A stretch of 64,000 nucleotides of DNA from an uncultured Actinomycetota bacterium. Its GTDB lineage: Bacteria; Actinomycetota; Actinomycetes; Propionibacteriales; Nocardioidaceae. The stretch spans positions 11,387-75,386 of the forward strand of contig CAVVAE010000003.1 in the NCBI GenBank assembly GCA_963746185.1, given 5' to 3'. The translations under genes and the position numbers were made by a program. Position 1 is the first letter of the stretch. Every line of letters starts with the position of its first letter. Shown here piece after piece: positions 56,101-64,000 of the stretch. The notes below the pieces were generated by a model. The model searched no databases, had not been told where the DNA came from, and saw only the letters and a program-made list of their open reading frames with translations.

Positions 56101-59017
56101 CGTCCCAGGCCGCATCACTGGTCGTGGTGACGTAAACGAGCCCATCGGAAACGGTCGGGGCGCTGTAGAACGTGTCGTCGTCACGTTGGAGGGTCCAGGC
56201 GACTTCGCCGGTGGAGGTGTCGAGTGCCACGAGACGGCCCTCGTCAGCGCTGGTGACGTAGAGCTGGCCGCCGTCGACGGCCGGGCCGTTGAAGATTCCG
56301 GCAGCGACTGGTGTGCTCCACAAGACCTCGCCGGTCATCAGGTCGATCGCGTAGACCGAGTCGGCGACTTCCGAGGGTCCGGTGTTGGCGTAGACGACGC
56401 CGTCCACCACAGCGGGCTGGGTGTACACGGCCAGCTGGCCCGGAGTCGCGACGTGCCACAGCACGTCGCCCGTGGCGGCGTCGAGAGCGGTGAACCCGCC
56501 GGCCAGACCACCGCCGATGACCACGACTCCGTCAGAGACTGCTGGGCTGCCTCGAAGCTGGTCACCGACGTCGTAGCGCCACATGAGTTCGCCCGTGTCG
56601 AGGTTTCGTGCCTGCAGCTCGCCCGAGATCGTGCCGACATAGACGATGCCGTCGGCGATGACTGGCGAGGCGAAGGTGATGCCGGTGCCGGTGTCGACCG
56701 ACCACTCACGCCGGAGCGTGTCGGGGGCCACGGCCTTGCTCGTGTATCCGCTGTGCGCACTGTTGTTCTGGTACTGCGTCCAGCCATTGTCGGTGGCGCT
56801 GGCGAGTGGTGCGAGGGTCGGGTTCAGCATCTTGGTCTTCGGGATCGACACCGTCGAAGACCAGGGCTTGAAGCCGGTGGCTCGTACTCGTACGACGTAC
56901 TCGCCAGCAGGGATGCTCGTCGAGAACTTGCCGTTGCTGCCGGTGAAGACGGGGTCGACACCAGAACCGTCGAAGCTCACCTCTGCACCGGCGACTTGGC
57001 CGGCGGGCCCGGGCGCCGACCTCACGGTGCCGGAAACGGCGTGGTTCTTTGCGGACTTGAGGTCGATTGTCCGCGTCAAGGCTGAACCGGGCGTGATCTT
57101 GACCGGAACGTTGGCGGTCTGAAAACCAGGTGCTGTCACGCGGATGGTCTGGTTGCCTGCGGGGACCGTGAGCTGGAACTGGCCGGCGTCGTTGCTGGTG
57201 GTGTTCCATCTGGTGCCGGAAACGACGAGCTTGGCGCCGGCAACCGGCCCGGCTTTGCTTGTCACGGTGCCGCTCACGGTGCCGGAGTTGATGGCCTTGG
57301 TAACAGCGGCGTACGCGTCGACGATGCCGTTGCCGTAGTCGTTGTCGGGCAGGCTGCTGCCCATGTGCGACTCCTGCCGGGCGGTGCTGGTCAGCATCGT
57401 CTCGACGTCGTCCACGGTGAGGTTGGGGTTGGCGGCCAGGAGCAGCGCAGCCACTCCGGACACGTGCGGCGTTGCCATCGACGTACCGCTCAGTTCGACG
57501 TACTCGCCTTCGCCGAGCGACGTCGGGAACGACGAGTAGATGTGGTGCCCGGGGGCGGCGATTTCTGGCTTGGTGTAGTCGACGCCCTCCCAGCTGACGG
57601 GTCCGCGGCTGGAGAATCCTGCGACGACATCGTTGAAGTCCGTGGCACCGACCGCAAAGGAGTTCGGGAAGCTGCCTGGCGAACCGACGGTTGTAGGACC
57701 AGGTCCGTCGTTGCCATTGGCGAAGATCGGCACGATGCCAGCCGCCCTCCACGCTTCAACGTCGCCCCAGTACTGCGTGTTGTAGGTGTCTGCTGAGCCC
57801 CAGGAGTTGCTCACGAGGTCGGGCGCCGCGGTGGGGTCGCCACCTGGCGCGAGCATCCACTCGAAACCGCGGTGGATGCCGCTGGTGCTGGCGCCGCCGC
57901 CGTCGCTGAAGATCTTGGCGGCGATCCAGGTGGCCTTCGGCGCGACGCCGACGACCTCGCCGGGGGCGCCGCCGACAATGCTGCCGGCGACGTGGGTGCC
58001 GTGCCCGAAGCCATCGCCCGGGGCCGGGTAGTCCTCTGACGTAGCGACGAACCAGCTCTTCTCGAGGTCACCGGTGTTGCCGCGCCACGAGCCGGCGAGC
58101 GCGGGGTGGCTACCGTCGACGCCGCTGTCCATGATGCCGACGACGGTGCCTTGACCACGGTCATCGAACTCGCTCCACACCTGCGGAGCATGCACGCGCT
58201 CCAGTCCCCAGGTAGGCAGCTTGGGTCCGCCCTCGAGAGGCTCGGGGGTGGGCTCCTGGATCATGCCGTCGACGGTGACACTGGCGACGTCGGGGTGACG
58301 GGTGAGCCGGTTCAGCGCTTCGCTGTCGACGGTTGCGGAGAAGCCGTTGAAGATCCAGTACGGCTGGACTTTGGTCGCATGTCCGTCTGTGCGAAGTTGC
58401 TGGAACAGCGACGCCACTGAGGATCGTTCGTCACCGGCGAAGGATCGGAGTGCGTCGACGACAAGTGTGGACTTGGCATCTTGGCCGGCATCGGCGACGC
58501 GACGGTTCTCGGTCGCCTGCGAGAGGTCGCGGCTGTTGAGCTGCGTACGCCGCGTCAGTGCCGCGTCGAGTGCAGCCGCATCGGCGTCAGTCGCGAGCGC
58601 AGTCATATCGACCTGCTCACGAAGCCGGACGATGACCGCCACGTCGTCGCCGTCCGCTGCCTCACGAGTGACCTTGGGGGCGACGCCGGTGTCGGGCAGC
58701 AACACCGACTCGACGGCATCGTCATCTGCGTCGGTGCGGGCGGAATCGATCGACGTGACCGGAAGTCCGTCGGTGATGTCGGTGGCGCGGCCGTAGTCGG
58801 CCTTGGTCTTCGCGGCGGGACGCGAAGGCGCTGCGGTCGCCGCAGCGGTGGTGTCCGAGGTCGAGGCAGCGGCCTCGATTGCCGCTCCGAGCGAGGATGC
58901 TGGCTGTGCCGACGACGGCTGGTTGGACGCGTGCGCCGGCGAGCCGGGCAACAGCGTGACGGTGAGAAGAGCGGACGCGAGAGCAGGCAGCAAACGGCTG
59001 CCAAGGCGTGCGGACAA
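50138..59017 (-). CDS. Giant secreted subtilisin-like serine protease (S8), 2,959 aa, multidomain
   Basis: TTG start with a G-rich SD. Sec signal MSARLGSRLLPALASALLTVTLLPGSPAHA. I9-like propeptide (aa 124-255). Catalytic triad motifs GIMDSGVD (D297), GHGTHVAG (H339) and SGTSMATPHVSG (S513). Twelve CarboxypepD_reg-like domains, a PQQ-like propeller, and five alpha/beta modules of about 205 aa. Confidence 0.95.
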   Translation of the reverse strand: MSARLGSRLLPALASALLTVTLLPGSPAHASNQPSSAQPASSLGAAIEAAASTSDTTAAATAAPSRPAAKTKADYGRATDITDGLPVTSIDSARTDADDDAVESVLLPDTGVAPKVTREAADGDDVAVIVRLREQVDMTALATDADAAALDAALTRRTQLNSRDLSQATENRRVADAGQDAKSTLVVDALRSFAGDERSSVASLFQQLRTDGHATKVQPYWIFNGFSATVDSEALNRLTRHPDVASVTVDGMIQEPTPEPLEGGPKLPTWGLERVHAPQVWSEFDDRGQGTVVGIMDSGVDGSHPALAGSWRGNTGDLEKSWFVATSEDYPAPGDGFGHGTHVAGSIVGGAPGEVVGVAPKATWIAAKIFSDGGGASTSGIHRGFEWMLAPGGDPTAAPDLVSNSWGSADTYNTQYWGDVEAWRAAGIVPIFANGNDGPGPTTVGSPGSFPNSFAVGATDFNDVVAGFSSRGPVSWEGVDYTKPEIAAPGHHIYSSFPTSLGEGEYVELSGTSMATPHVSGVAALLLAANPNLTVDDVETMLTSTARQESHMGSSLPDNDYGNGIVDAYAAVTKAINSGTVSGTVTSKAGPVAGAKLVVSGTRWNTTSNDAGQFQLTVPAGNQTIRVTAPGFQTANVPVKITPGSALTRTIDLKSAKNHAVSGTVRSAPGPAGQVAGAEVSFDGSGVDPVFTGSNGKFSTSIPAGEYVVRVRATGFKPWSSTVSIPKTKMLNPTLAPLASATDNGWTQYQNNSAHSGYTSKAVAPDTLRREWSVDTGTGITFASPVIADGIVYVGTISGELQARNLDTGELMWRYDVGDQLRGSPAVSDGVVVIGGGLAGGFTALDAATGDVLWHVATPGQLAVYTQPAVVDGVVYANTGPSEVADSVYAIDLMTGEVLWSTPVAAGIFNGPAVDGGQLYVTSADEGRLVALDTSTGEVAWTLQRDDDTFYSAPTVSDGLVYVTTTSDAAWDGTFLAVNADDGTIAWQNSTHGDAQGSSPAIYGDLVISGTHANGAVVAYDRITGTVAWRHQDTGPVSSSLMTTGDGYVIGGSQIDSVLFALDAVTGKRVWVDDVDANVTSSGAYDDGTFVTGDTSGMLYAYRTTGGVTGTVTGPDGPLDATVTITDTGALTTTDPATGDYQLDHRPGSYQLQASAYGFSDESQQVTIAAGQITSADFALTPVGTGSVTGTVLDGDGNPIEGAEVVLEGTPLDPATTAANGTFSFATIAAGSYQLRVDKDAFVPYTTEVSVTAGQTTDQPVTLDRYQVAVMGDYQGRMVGVLEDLGYPADTTSYAEVTAHPDYYDVVLANGAEDRPAAGVIQPFIDATDAAGTSVIWLDQWSIGYGSILNLSDQTGDPASVVTDSTGSGRVSLIAGQEHPLTEGLTVGSRVPVLAANNEWAAFNGYSGVNLASLHTDGKGEVGSGIAYKPRSTDSVHVLLSSFAAAPWGRPDVEWLPITEQLIGNAVDYAIDADYGVVHGTVTGEGGAPAAATVTAVGTGYHTSTASDGSYKLVLDPGTYTLRFRATGAAAVERDVTVTGGETQTVDVTMTPAELGSVTGTVSDGDGEPVAGATVTIDGTTFNATTASDGTYTVSGLPAEDYTLSVAATGFLPYSQDVTIVGGQTITADVTLDTAPHVGIMGDYQNTIATVLQVRGLTTEQLTWTSTARIPDLDVVVFNDPTTPTVAQFASWQSAMDANGVSGVFGDGYFSSDGGVRLLRQFNGNPSQPRAQFDDEGEVSFSAADASHPIFDGLPANPPVLTANNYSTAIPGYTGFPVADVVSELGGSHGVGITYQPRTPSSIHLLLGGMTSDILLKASEDWTAQGRRLYANSVLFAADPALGSVSGTVSDEAGAPVSGTVSVDGTEQRTPTAADGSYTLSLPPGDYTIRYAGFGYDETTREVSIDDGGAVTSDVALTPKADDGSLSGVVTSDGQPVAGVTVRLLGAPRLATTASDGSYVLPRVEPSNYQVDVTHDGYLRDRDAVNVTAGAPTSYDVNLRVTARVGVIDDYQGKVAAWLTHWGYTPQALSWSDTAAIADLDLVIANNANNAGFDPGRAGLQAFDSAALRAGISVVWLDQFGRGSFRYLTDYTGDPTGNNEDRSDGAVTVQVEDSDHPIMAGLPSTFKLIDDGSEYSWFDGFSGDTLATVSSDVLDGGGLVGERPRGAAGVDVLLGTLSMSTYGFAGYDDVVGDAWSPQAELLLRNAVRYALDAPPAGGQVEGALTSAAGPVAGTVTVVETGRRYDVAADGDYVVGLPAGTWTLRGEATNHASSEVSVTVGVGESVSRDIALALLPAGDVSGTVTDESAAPVSGATVRVDGTAFAATTSADGSFLIEGVPAGDYRVSASATGLQTGRVPVTIVAGEAATADLELDPSVPVALVGDYLGSVRGLLATDGYTVTDYTPTELSTLREQIDEYDVVVFNRGVSSAFLGEFNATLNAAADNGVSVLFGGQWGGDAIGSLHDLRGDPASVDYDFVPSPVSYVPVSGHPIFAGFDAGEPVTIINDPEGGNQQYLTFGGYSGTTIADLHNDADGSKLGGGVGVAYTSTDSVEVLLGSLTAGTYGRPGDEWTAAAERIYLNAVSFAATATRGEINGTVTSGGDPVVGADVRITELGASDVTDEAGGYAIGVPDGTYTVTVEATGYQPSSQQVTVTDSEQVTADIALEPLARGVLSGTVVDDGGQPVEGATVIGSGVEGFRTMTDAGGHYSQSGLLDGEYTIAVAAEGYLTDESTIDYVGPETTHNVELTSIDVGVVGDVDGQVVDFLREHDVAAGKVPWSTKMDLSAYDAVVVNGSGGGTVSQAEFNSLEAATRASHTGVVWTGTWGSEGGIRLLEKFTDRVKVGSDGYGDGSVRLTEQDRRHALFAGISNPATILTEGSYYSTIESYKGPRLATQRVTLNNGGSSVGNGATFRWVTHNDVEVLLASMAVTGAVGPDMGWTTSGERLFLNAVGFAQSPR
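50147..55699 (-). repeat. Five tandem protein-level supermodules (about 365-370 aa each) inside the giant protease gene
   Basis: Each is [CarboxypepD_reg-like x2]+[alpha/beta module of about 205 aa]. Coordinates: 54599-55699, 53504-54589, 52379-53491, 51257-52366, 50147-51244. Landmarks recurring in every copy: GSVTGTV/GVLSGTV starts, V-G/A-V-x-G/D-D-Y, YDVVV.N, HP(I/L)..G(L/F), V.(V/L)LL, NAV.(Y/F)A. Confidence 0.85.
55709..56785 (-). other. PQQ-like/BamB-like beta-propeller domain of the giant protease (aa 745-1103, approximate)
   Basis: Repeated blades of the form SPVIADGIVYVGT..GELQARNLDTGELMWRY, SPAVSDGVVVIGG...FTALDAATGDVLWH, QPAVVDGVVYAN...VYAIDLMTGEVLWS, GPAVDGGQLYVTS..GRLVALDTSTGEVAWT, and so on. 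Confidence 0.75.
57308..58165 (-). other. Peptidase S8 catalytic domain of the giant protease (aa 285-570, approximate)
   Basis: The D297 codon is 58127-58129, H339 is 58001-58003, and S513 is 57479-57481 (checked against the nucleotide sequence). Confidence 0.9.
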
Positions 59018-59203
59018 GGGATCCCCCCAGGGTGCGTGAAAGGTGTGCGTGCCTTGTGACGCGGCTCACAGTAGTGACCCTTAGTGAGTGTGGCAATACC
59101 CAGCGTCGGGCAACATCGTCCAGGACGCCCCATTTCTGGTCGTTCCCACCAGTGCCCAGCTCGTCGTGCCGTCACAGCGAGTTACAACGAGCGGTGCGTG
59201 AGC

Positions 59204-59749
59204 TCACGGCGTGATGCGGAACAGCTCGAGTTCGGTCTGGTAGTACCGCGTCGTCCGTCCGAGTTCTTCCATGCCGAGCCGGCGGCACACCGCGATCGAG
59301 GGCGCGTTGTCCGGGCGAACGACCGCGAAGATCTCGTCGAGGCCGTGCTCGAAGCCCCAACTGAGAGCGCCTTTCGCCGACTCCGACGCCAACCCTTGCC
59401 CCCAGGAGTCGGGGTGGAAGTGCCAACCGACCTCGAACTCGCCGTCTCCATCGGGCAGCGGCACCAAGATGACCGTGCCGACGAGAAGGCCGTCGCTCTT
59501 ACGCTCCACCGCCCAGCGACCAGCGACCGGCTCCTCGCGGTTGATCTCACCCCACCTGTCGACCAGGCCTTGCGCCTGCTCGAGTGTCTCCATCGCCTTG
59601 GGCTGTGCGCCGAGCCACCGCGCCACCTCCCAACGCGAGTAGAGGTCGAGCACTCGGTCGACGTCACTGTCACGCCAATTGCGCAACCGACAACGGTCGG
59701 TCTCGAAGGCCACATCGCTGGGACCAGTCGCCTCGGCGTTCTCACTCAC
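59204..59749 (-). CDS. GNAT family N-acetyltransferase (RimJ/RimL-like)
   Basis: TDRCRLRNW...D...L..LY, the WAVERKSDGLLVGTVIL block, and QGLASESAKGALSWGFE (acetyl-CoA pocket). Confidence 0.85.
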   Translation of the reverse strand: MSENAEATGPSDVAFETDRCRLRNWRDSDVDRVLDLYSRWEVARWLGAQPKAMETLEQAQGLVDRWGEINREEPVAGRWAVERKSDGLLVGTVILVPLPDGDGEFEVGWHFHPDSWGQGLASESAKGALSWGFEHGLDEIFAVVRPDNAPSIAVCRRLGMEELGRTTRYYQTELELFRITP

Positions 59750-59769
59750 GCCGCGACCCTACCCACTCC

Positions 59770-60690
59770 TCAGCCACTGGGTATGGCGGCGAAGGCGCGG
59801 ACCGGAAACGTCCCGAAGTTTGCGACCTTCGGCGGTACGGCGAAGAAGCGGGCACCGCGCGGCGGCACCGCCTCGAGGCCCGTGAGGTGTTCCGCGATCG
59901 GGATGCCGGCGTCGAGCAGAATCGTGTGCGCTGGCCGGGTCTGGTCGGTCATGTCGTCGATGTTGGCGGCGTCGATTCCCACCAGTGCTGCACCTTGCTC
60001 GACCAGCCAACCGGCCCCGTCCCGCGTCAGGAAGGAGGCGTCTTCGACGTACGCCGGCGTCCCGAATCGCTCGCAGTCACCCGTCTCGAGCAGCACGGCC
60101 ATGCCACGTACGTCGTACGCCGCCAGGGCTTCGACTCCGATGCCTCCCGCAGGGGCGTCGCGCAGCTTCACGACGACTGCTGGTACGTCGGCGAGACTGT
60201 CGAGACTGAGTCCGGACAGGTCGACACCGCCCGCGAATCGATGATGCGGCGAATCGACGTACGTCCCCGTGTTGGCCACCATCGAGATCCGCCCGATCTC
60301 GAACGTCGTCCCCGGCGCGTAGACCTTCACTGCGGCTTCGCGCGAGAGGTGTGGGGTGATCTCCGGACCAGGCAGACCAGGCAGTGTCACCATGCCAGCG
60401 GTGATCACGTGGCTCAAGTCGACGAGTTGGGTCGCCGAATCGCCGGCGGCCATCGCCTGCGGCTGCCTCGGGCCGCCGCGGGTTCCCTTGTGAGCCTCTT
60501 CGACCATGACGACAGAGTCGAGACGTACGTCGGTGGCAGCGATCAGTCCGAGCGCGGCGACCAAGAGCGACTCGATCTCCTGATGCGCGACGTCAGTACC
60601 AGGGACGTCAAGGCGGAACCCCTGCACCTGGATCCCGCCACCGTTGGAGAAGGAGATGGCTGCATCCACAATCGCTCGGTGATCGGTCAT
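59770..60690 (-). CDS. Cyclase family protein (kynurenine formamidase-like) with an N-terminal extension of about 85 aa
   Basis: Cyclase motif NTGTYVDSPHHRF (HxGTHxDxPxH-like), LVDLSHVI and GIDAANID. The first 85 aa match nothing I recognise. Confidence 0.78.
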   Translation of the reverse strand: MTDHRAIVDAAISFSNGGGIQVQGFRLDVPGTDVAHQEIESLLVAALGLIAATDVRLDSVVMVEEAHKGTRGGPRQPQAMAAGDSATQLVDLSHVITAGMVTLPGLPGPEITPHLSREAAVKVYAPGTTFEIGRISMVANTGTYVDSPHHRFAGGVDLSGLSLDSLADVPAVVVKLRDAPAGGIGVEALAAYDVRGMAVLLETGDCERFGTPAYVEDASFLTRDGAGWLVEQGAALVGIDAANIDDMTDQTRPAHTILLDAGIPIAEHLTGLEAVPPRGARFFAVPPKVANFGTFPVRAFAAIPSG

Positions 60691-60925
60691 GGCGCCATGA
60701 TGGCGGCTGCGCCATGCACACCGTGAGAGGGAAGCCTGCCGTCAACCCGCGAATTCCCGCCCCACTTCTTCAGCCGACTGCCTCAGTGGGCTGCCTCAGA
60801 GGGTTTCGGCGGAGATGCCGTACCGAAGGGCGTCCTCGTAGCACTGGCTGCCCAATGAGCTACCAGCACACGACAGCACGCTTACCTACCGTGTTTTGTC
60901 GGCACTGCCTGTCATCGTCGTTCCT

Positions 60926-61659
60926 ATGAGCGCAACAACTTTCGTCATCGCCCTCCTGACCCTGGTAGCCGGTCTCGCCATCGGCGTGGTCATCGGTCAG
61001 CGATCAGCCACTCGCTCGCGCGATGACCTGCGCGCCGAACTTCGGATGCTCTCGGCTCAGGCCGTGACGGAGTCGAGCGACCGGGTATACGCCATGGCCG
61101 GTTCGGGTCTACGAGCGACCGAGCAGGTCGTCAAGCCGGTGCGTGAAAGCCTTGACCGGCTCAACGACCGGATCAACACGTTGCAGAGTGAGGGTGCGTC
61201 GTGGCAGTCGCAGCTCAAGCAGCAGGTCGATTCCGTGCACCTCAGTGGCGTTGAACTGCGCCAGCAGACCCAAGCCCTGGCTGAGGCGCTGCGCCGACCG
61301 CAAGTCCGCGGCATGTGGGGCGAGATGCAGCTCCGTCGTAGCCTCGAGCTGTCCGGGTTGACGGGACGCTGCACCTTCGACGAGCAGGTCACCCGCCAGA
61401 CCGACGACGGATTGCTCCGTCCTGATGTGGTCGTCAACCTGACGGGCGGCAAGCATGTCGTCATCGACTCGAAGGTGCCGCTCGATGCCTTCCTGTCAGC
61501 CACCCACGCGACCGGTGATCAACGCGATGCCGCTCTGGTGCGGCATGCGAAACAGGTTCGCGGCCACGTCGATGCGCTGTCGTCCAAGTCGTACTGGGCG
61601 CAGTTCTCGCCAGCTCCGGAGTTCGTGGTGATGTTCATGCCCGGAGAGGCGATCTTTGC

Positions 61660-61660
<1 letters not shown>
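60926..61660 (+). pseudogene. rmuC: DNA recombination protein RmuC, 3'-truncated (N-terminal 245 aa only)
   Basis: N-terminal TM (TTFVIALLTLVAGLAIGVVIG), coiled-coil region, then RPQVRGMWGEMQLRRSLELSG, PDVVVNLTGGKHVVIDSKVPL and FVVMFMPGEAIFA. The RmuC-like sequence stops abruptly at about 61660 and the reading frame runs into antisense liv sequence. Confidence 0.8.
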
Positions 61661-63134
<1,474 letters not shown>

Positions 63135-63135
<1 letters not shown>

Positions 63136-64000
63136 CAGCCGTGGCCCTCCCCGACGAGATCGGCCCGTACGGCGCGCCGCTGCTTCAGGAAGATCGACGG
63201 CATGCGCGTGGAGATCACGCCGCGCGGCTTCCAGATCATCACCAGCACCATGGCCAGCCCGAAAATCAGCATGCGGTAGTGCGTCGGCTCGAAATCGCGG
63301 CCCGAAGATCTGCTTCATCCATTCGAGCTCGCGCAGCAACTCGGTGCCGCCGATCAGGACGACGGCGGCGATGGCGACGCCGACCTGGCTGCCCATGCCG
63401 CCCAGCACGACGATGGCCAGGATCAGCGCGCTCTCCATGAACGTGAAGATCTCCGGCGTGACGAAGCCCTGGCCGCGCGGCGAAGAACGCGCCGGCAAAC
63501 CCGCCGAACATGGCGCCGAGCGCGAACGCGGTGAGCTTGGTGTTGGTGGTGTTGATGCCGAGCGAGCGGCAGGCGGTCTCGTCCTCGCGCAGCGCTTCCC
63601 AGGCGCGGCCTACGGGCAGGCGGCGCAGGCGCAGCGTCACCCAGTTGGTCAGCGCGGCGAGGCCGAGGATCACGTAGAAGAGAAAGATCGTGCGGTGGAC
63701 GGGGCGAACTCGAGGCCGAAGAAGGCGGCGAAGCCCTCGTCGCTGTCGTCGAACGGCAGGCCGAAGAAGCGTCGCGCGCGGCACGCCGGAAATGCCGGCA
63801 TAGCCGCGGGTGAGGTCGACCCAGTTGATCAGCACGAGGCGGATGATCTCGCCGAATGCCAGCGTGACGATGGCCAGATAGTCGCCGCGCAGCCGCAGCA
63901 CCGGAAAGCCGAGCAGGACGCCCCAGAAGGCCGCCAGGATGCCGGCCAGCGGCAGGCAGACCCAGAAGCCGAGGCTCGTAGTGCTGCGCCAGCAGCGCGA
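63135..64000 (-). pseudogene. livM: LivM-like ABC transporter permease gene, partial (runs off the right edge) and frameshifted
   Basis: GFWVCLPLAGILAAFWGVLLGFPVLRLRGDYLAIVTLAFGEIIRLVLINW, TFFGLPFDDSDEGF, IFLFYVILGLAALTNWV...[74 protein letters not shown] and [26 protein letters not shown]...GEGHG-stop require at least 4 frame changes. The TGA (63135-63137) overlaps the livG ATG. Confidence 0.75.

Noticed and set aside
54707-57085. Two plus-strand ORFs of about 385 aa (54707-55861, 55925-57085), and other plus-strand ORFs, lie inside the giant gene.
   Set aside because: They are antisense to a gene with unmistakable S8, propeller and beta-sandwich motifs. Their translations are R/G/V/D-rich with no motifs, which is the usual open antisense frame in high-GC DNA.
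58928-59017. The giant protease might be exported by the Tat pathway.
   Set aside because: The N-terminus MSARLGSRLL has separated arginines and no S/T-R-R-x-F-L-K-type twin-arginine motif. It looks like an ordinary Sec signal ending AHA-S.
47363-59200. The region from the RTX-like gene to the giant protease might be a mobile genomic island.
   Set aside because: I found no integrase, transposase, tRNA gene or flanking direct repeats, and the flanking genes (ychF, GNAT) look like ordinary chromosomal genes. Only a compositional analysis could revisit this.

Overview
Most of this window (1 to about 61,660) is a high-GC chromosomal segment that looks actinobacterial: mycothiol gene mshB, SigE, and a 55-aa ORF resembling DUF3117. 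Gene density is high, and I saw no rRNA, tRNA, CRISPR array, transposase or integrase. The left third is a conserved housekeeping block: anti-sigma/sigE, O-methyltransferase, pepA, the DUF3117-like ORF, tag, folP, a LOG-family gene, dapE, dapD, dapC, fdxA and mshB. From memory this resembles the M. tuberculosis Rv1170-Rv1222 neighbourhood. The middle holds small regulator/transporter/oxidoreductase modules (MarR, TetR/MFS, an ECF sigma pair), an Sdh1-type succinate dehydrogenase operon, and ychF. From 47.3 to 59.0 kb there is a run of predicted exported proteins. It ends in a 2,959-aa secreted subtilase (50138-59017, minus strand) made of a signal peptide, I9 propeptide, S8 catalytic domain, PQQ-like beta-propeller, and five tandem supermodules of about 370 aa. 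Each supermodule is two CarboxypepD_reg-like beta-sandwiches plus an alpha/beta module of about 205 aa that I cannot place in a family. This is my best candidate for something not yet described. Two further points stand out. First, ybaK is bracketed exactly by inverted arrays of a 22-nt tandem repeat (11467-12138). Second, there is a sharp discontinuity at about 61,660: rmuC is cut mid-gene and abuts a 3'-truncated livM/livG/livF-like ABC transporter fragment with at least 10 frameshifts in 2.3 kb, whereas the 61.6 kb before it needs no frameshift to read (its one visible lesion is an in-frame TGA at 49857-49859). That pattern suggests a chimeric join, a contig concatenation, or a decayed foreign fragment. 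All family assignments come from reading motifs by eye. No database search was run, and many start codons are uncertain.
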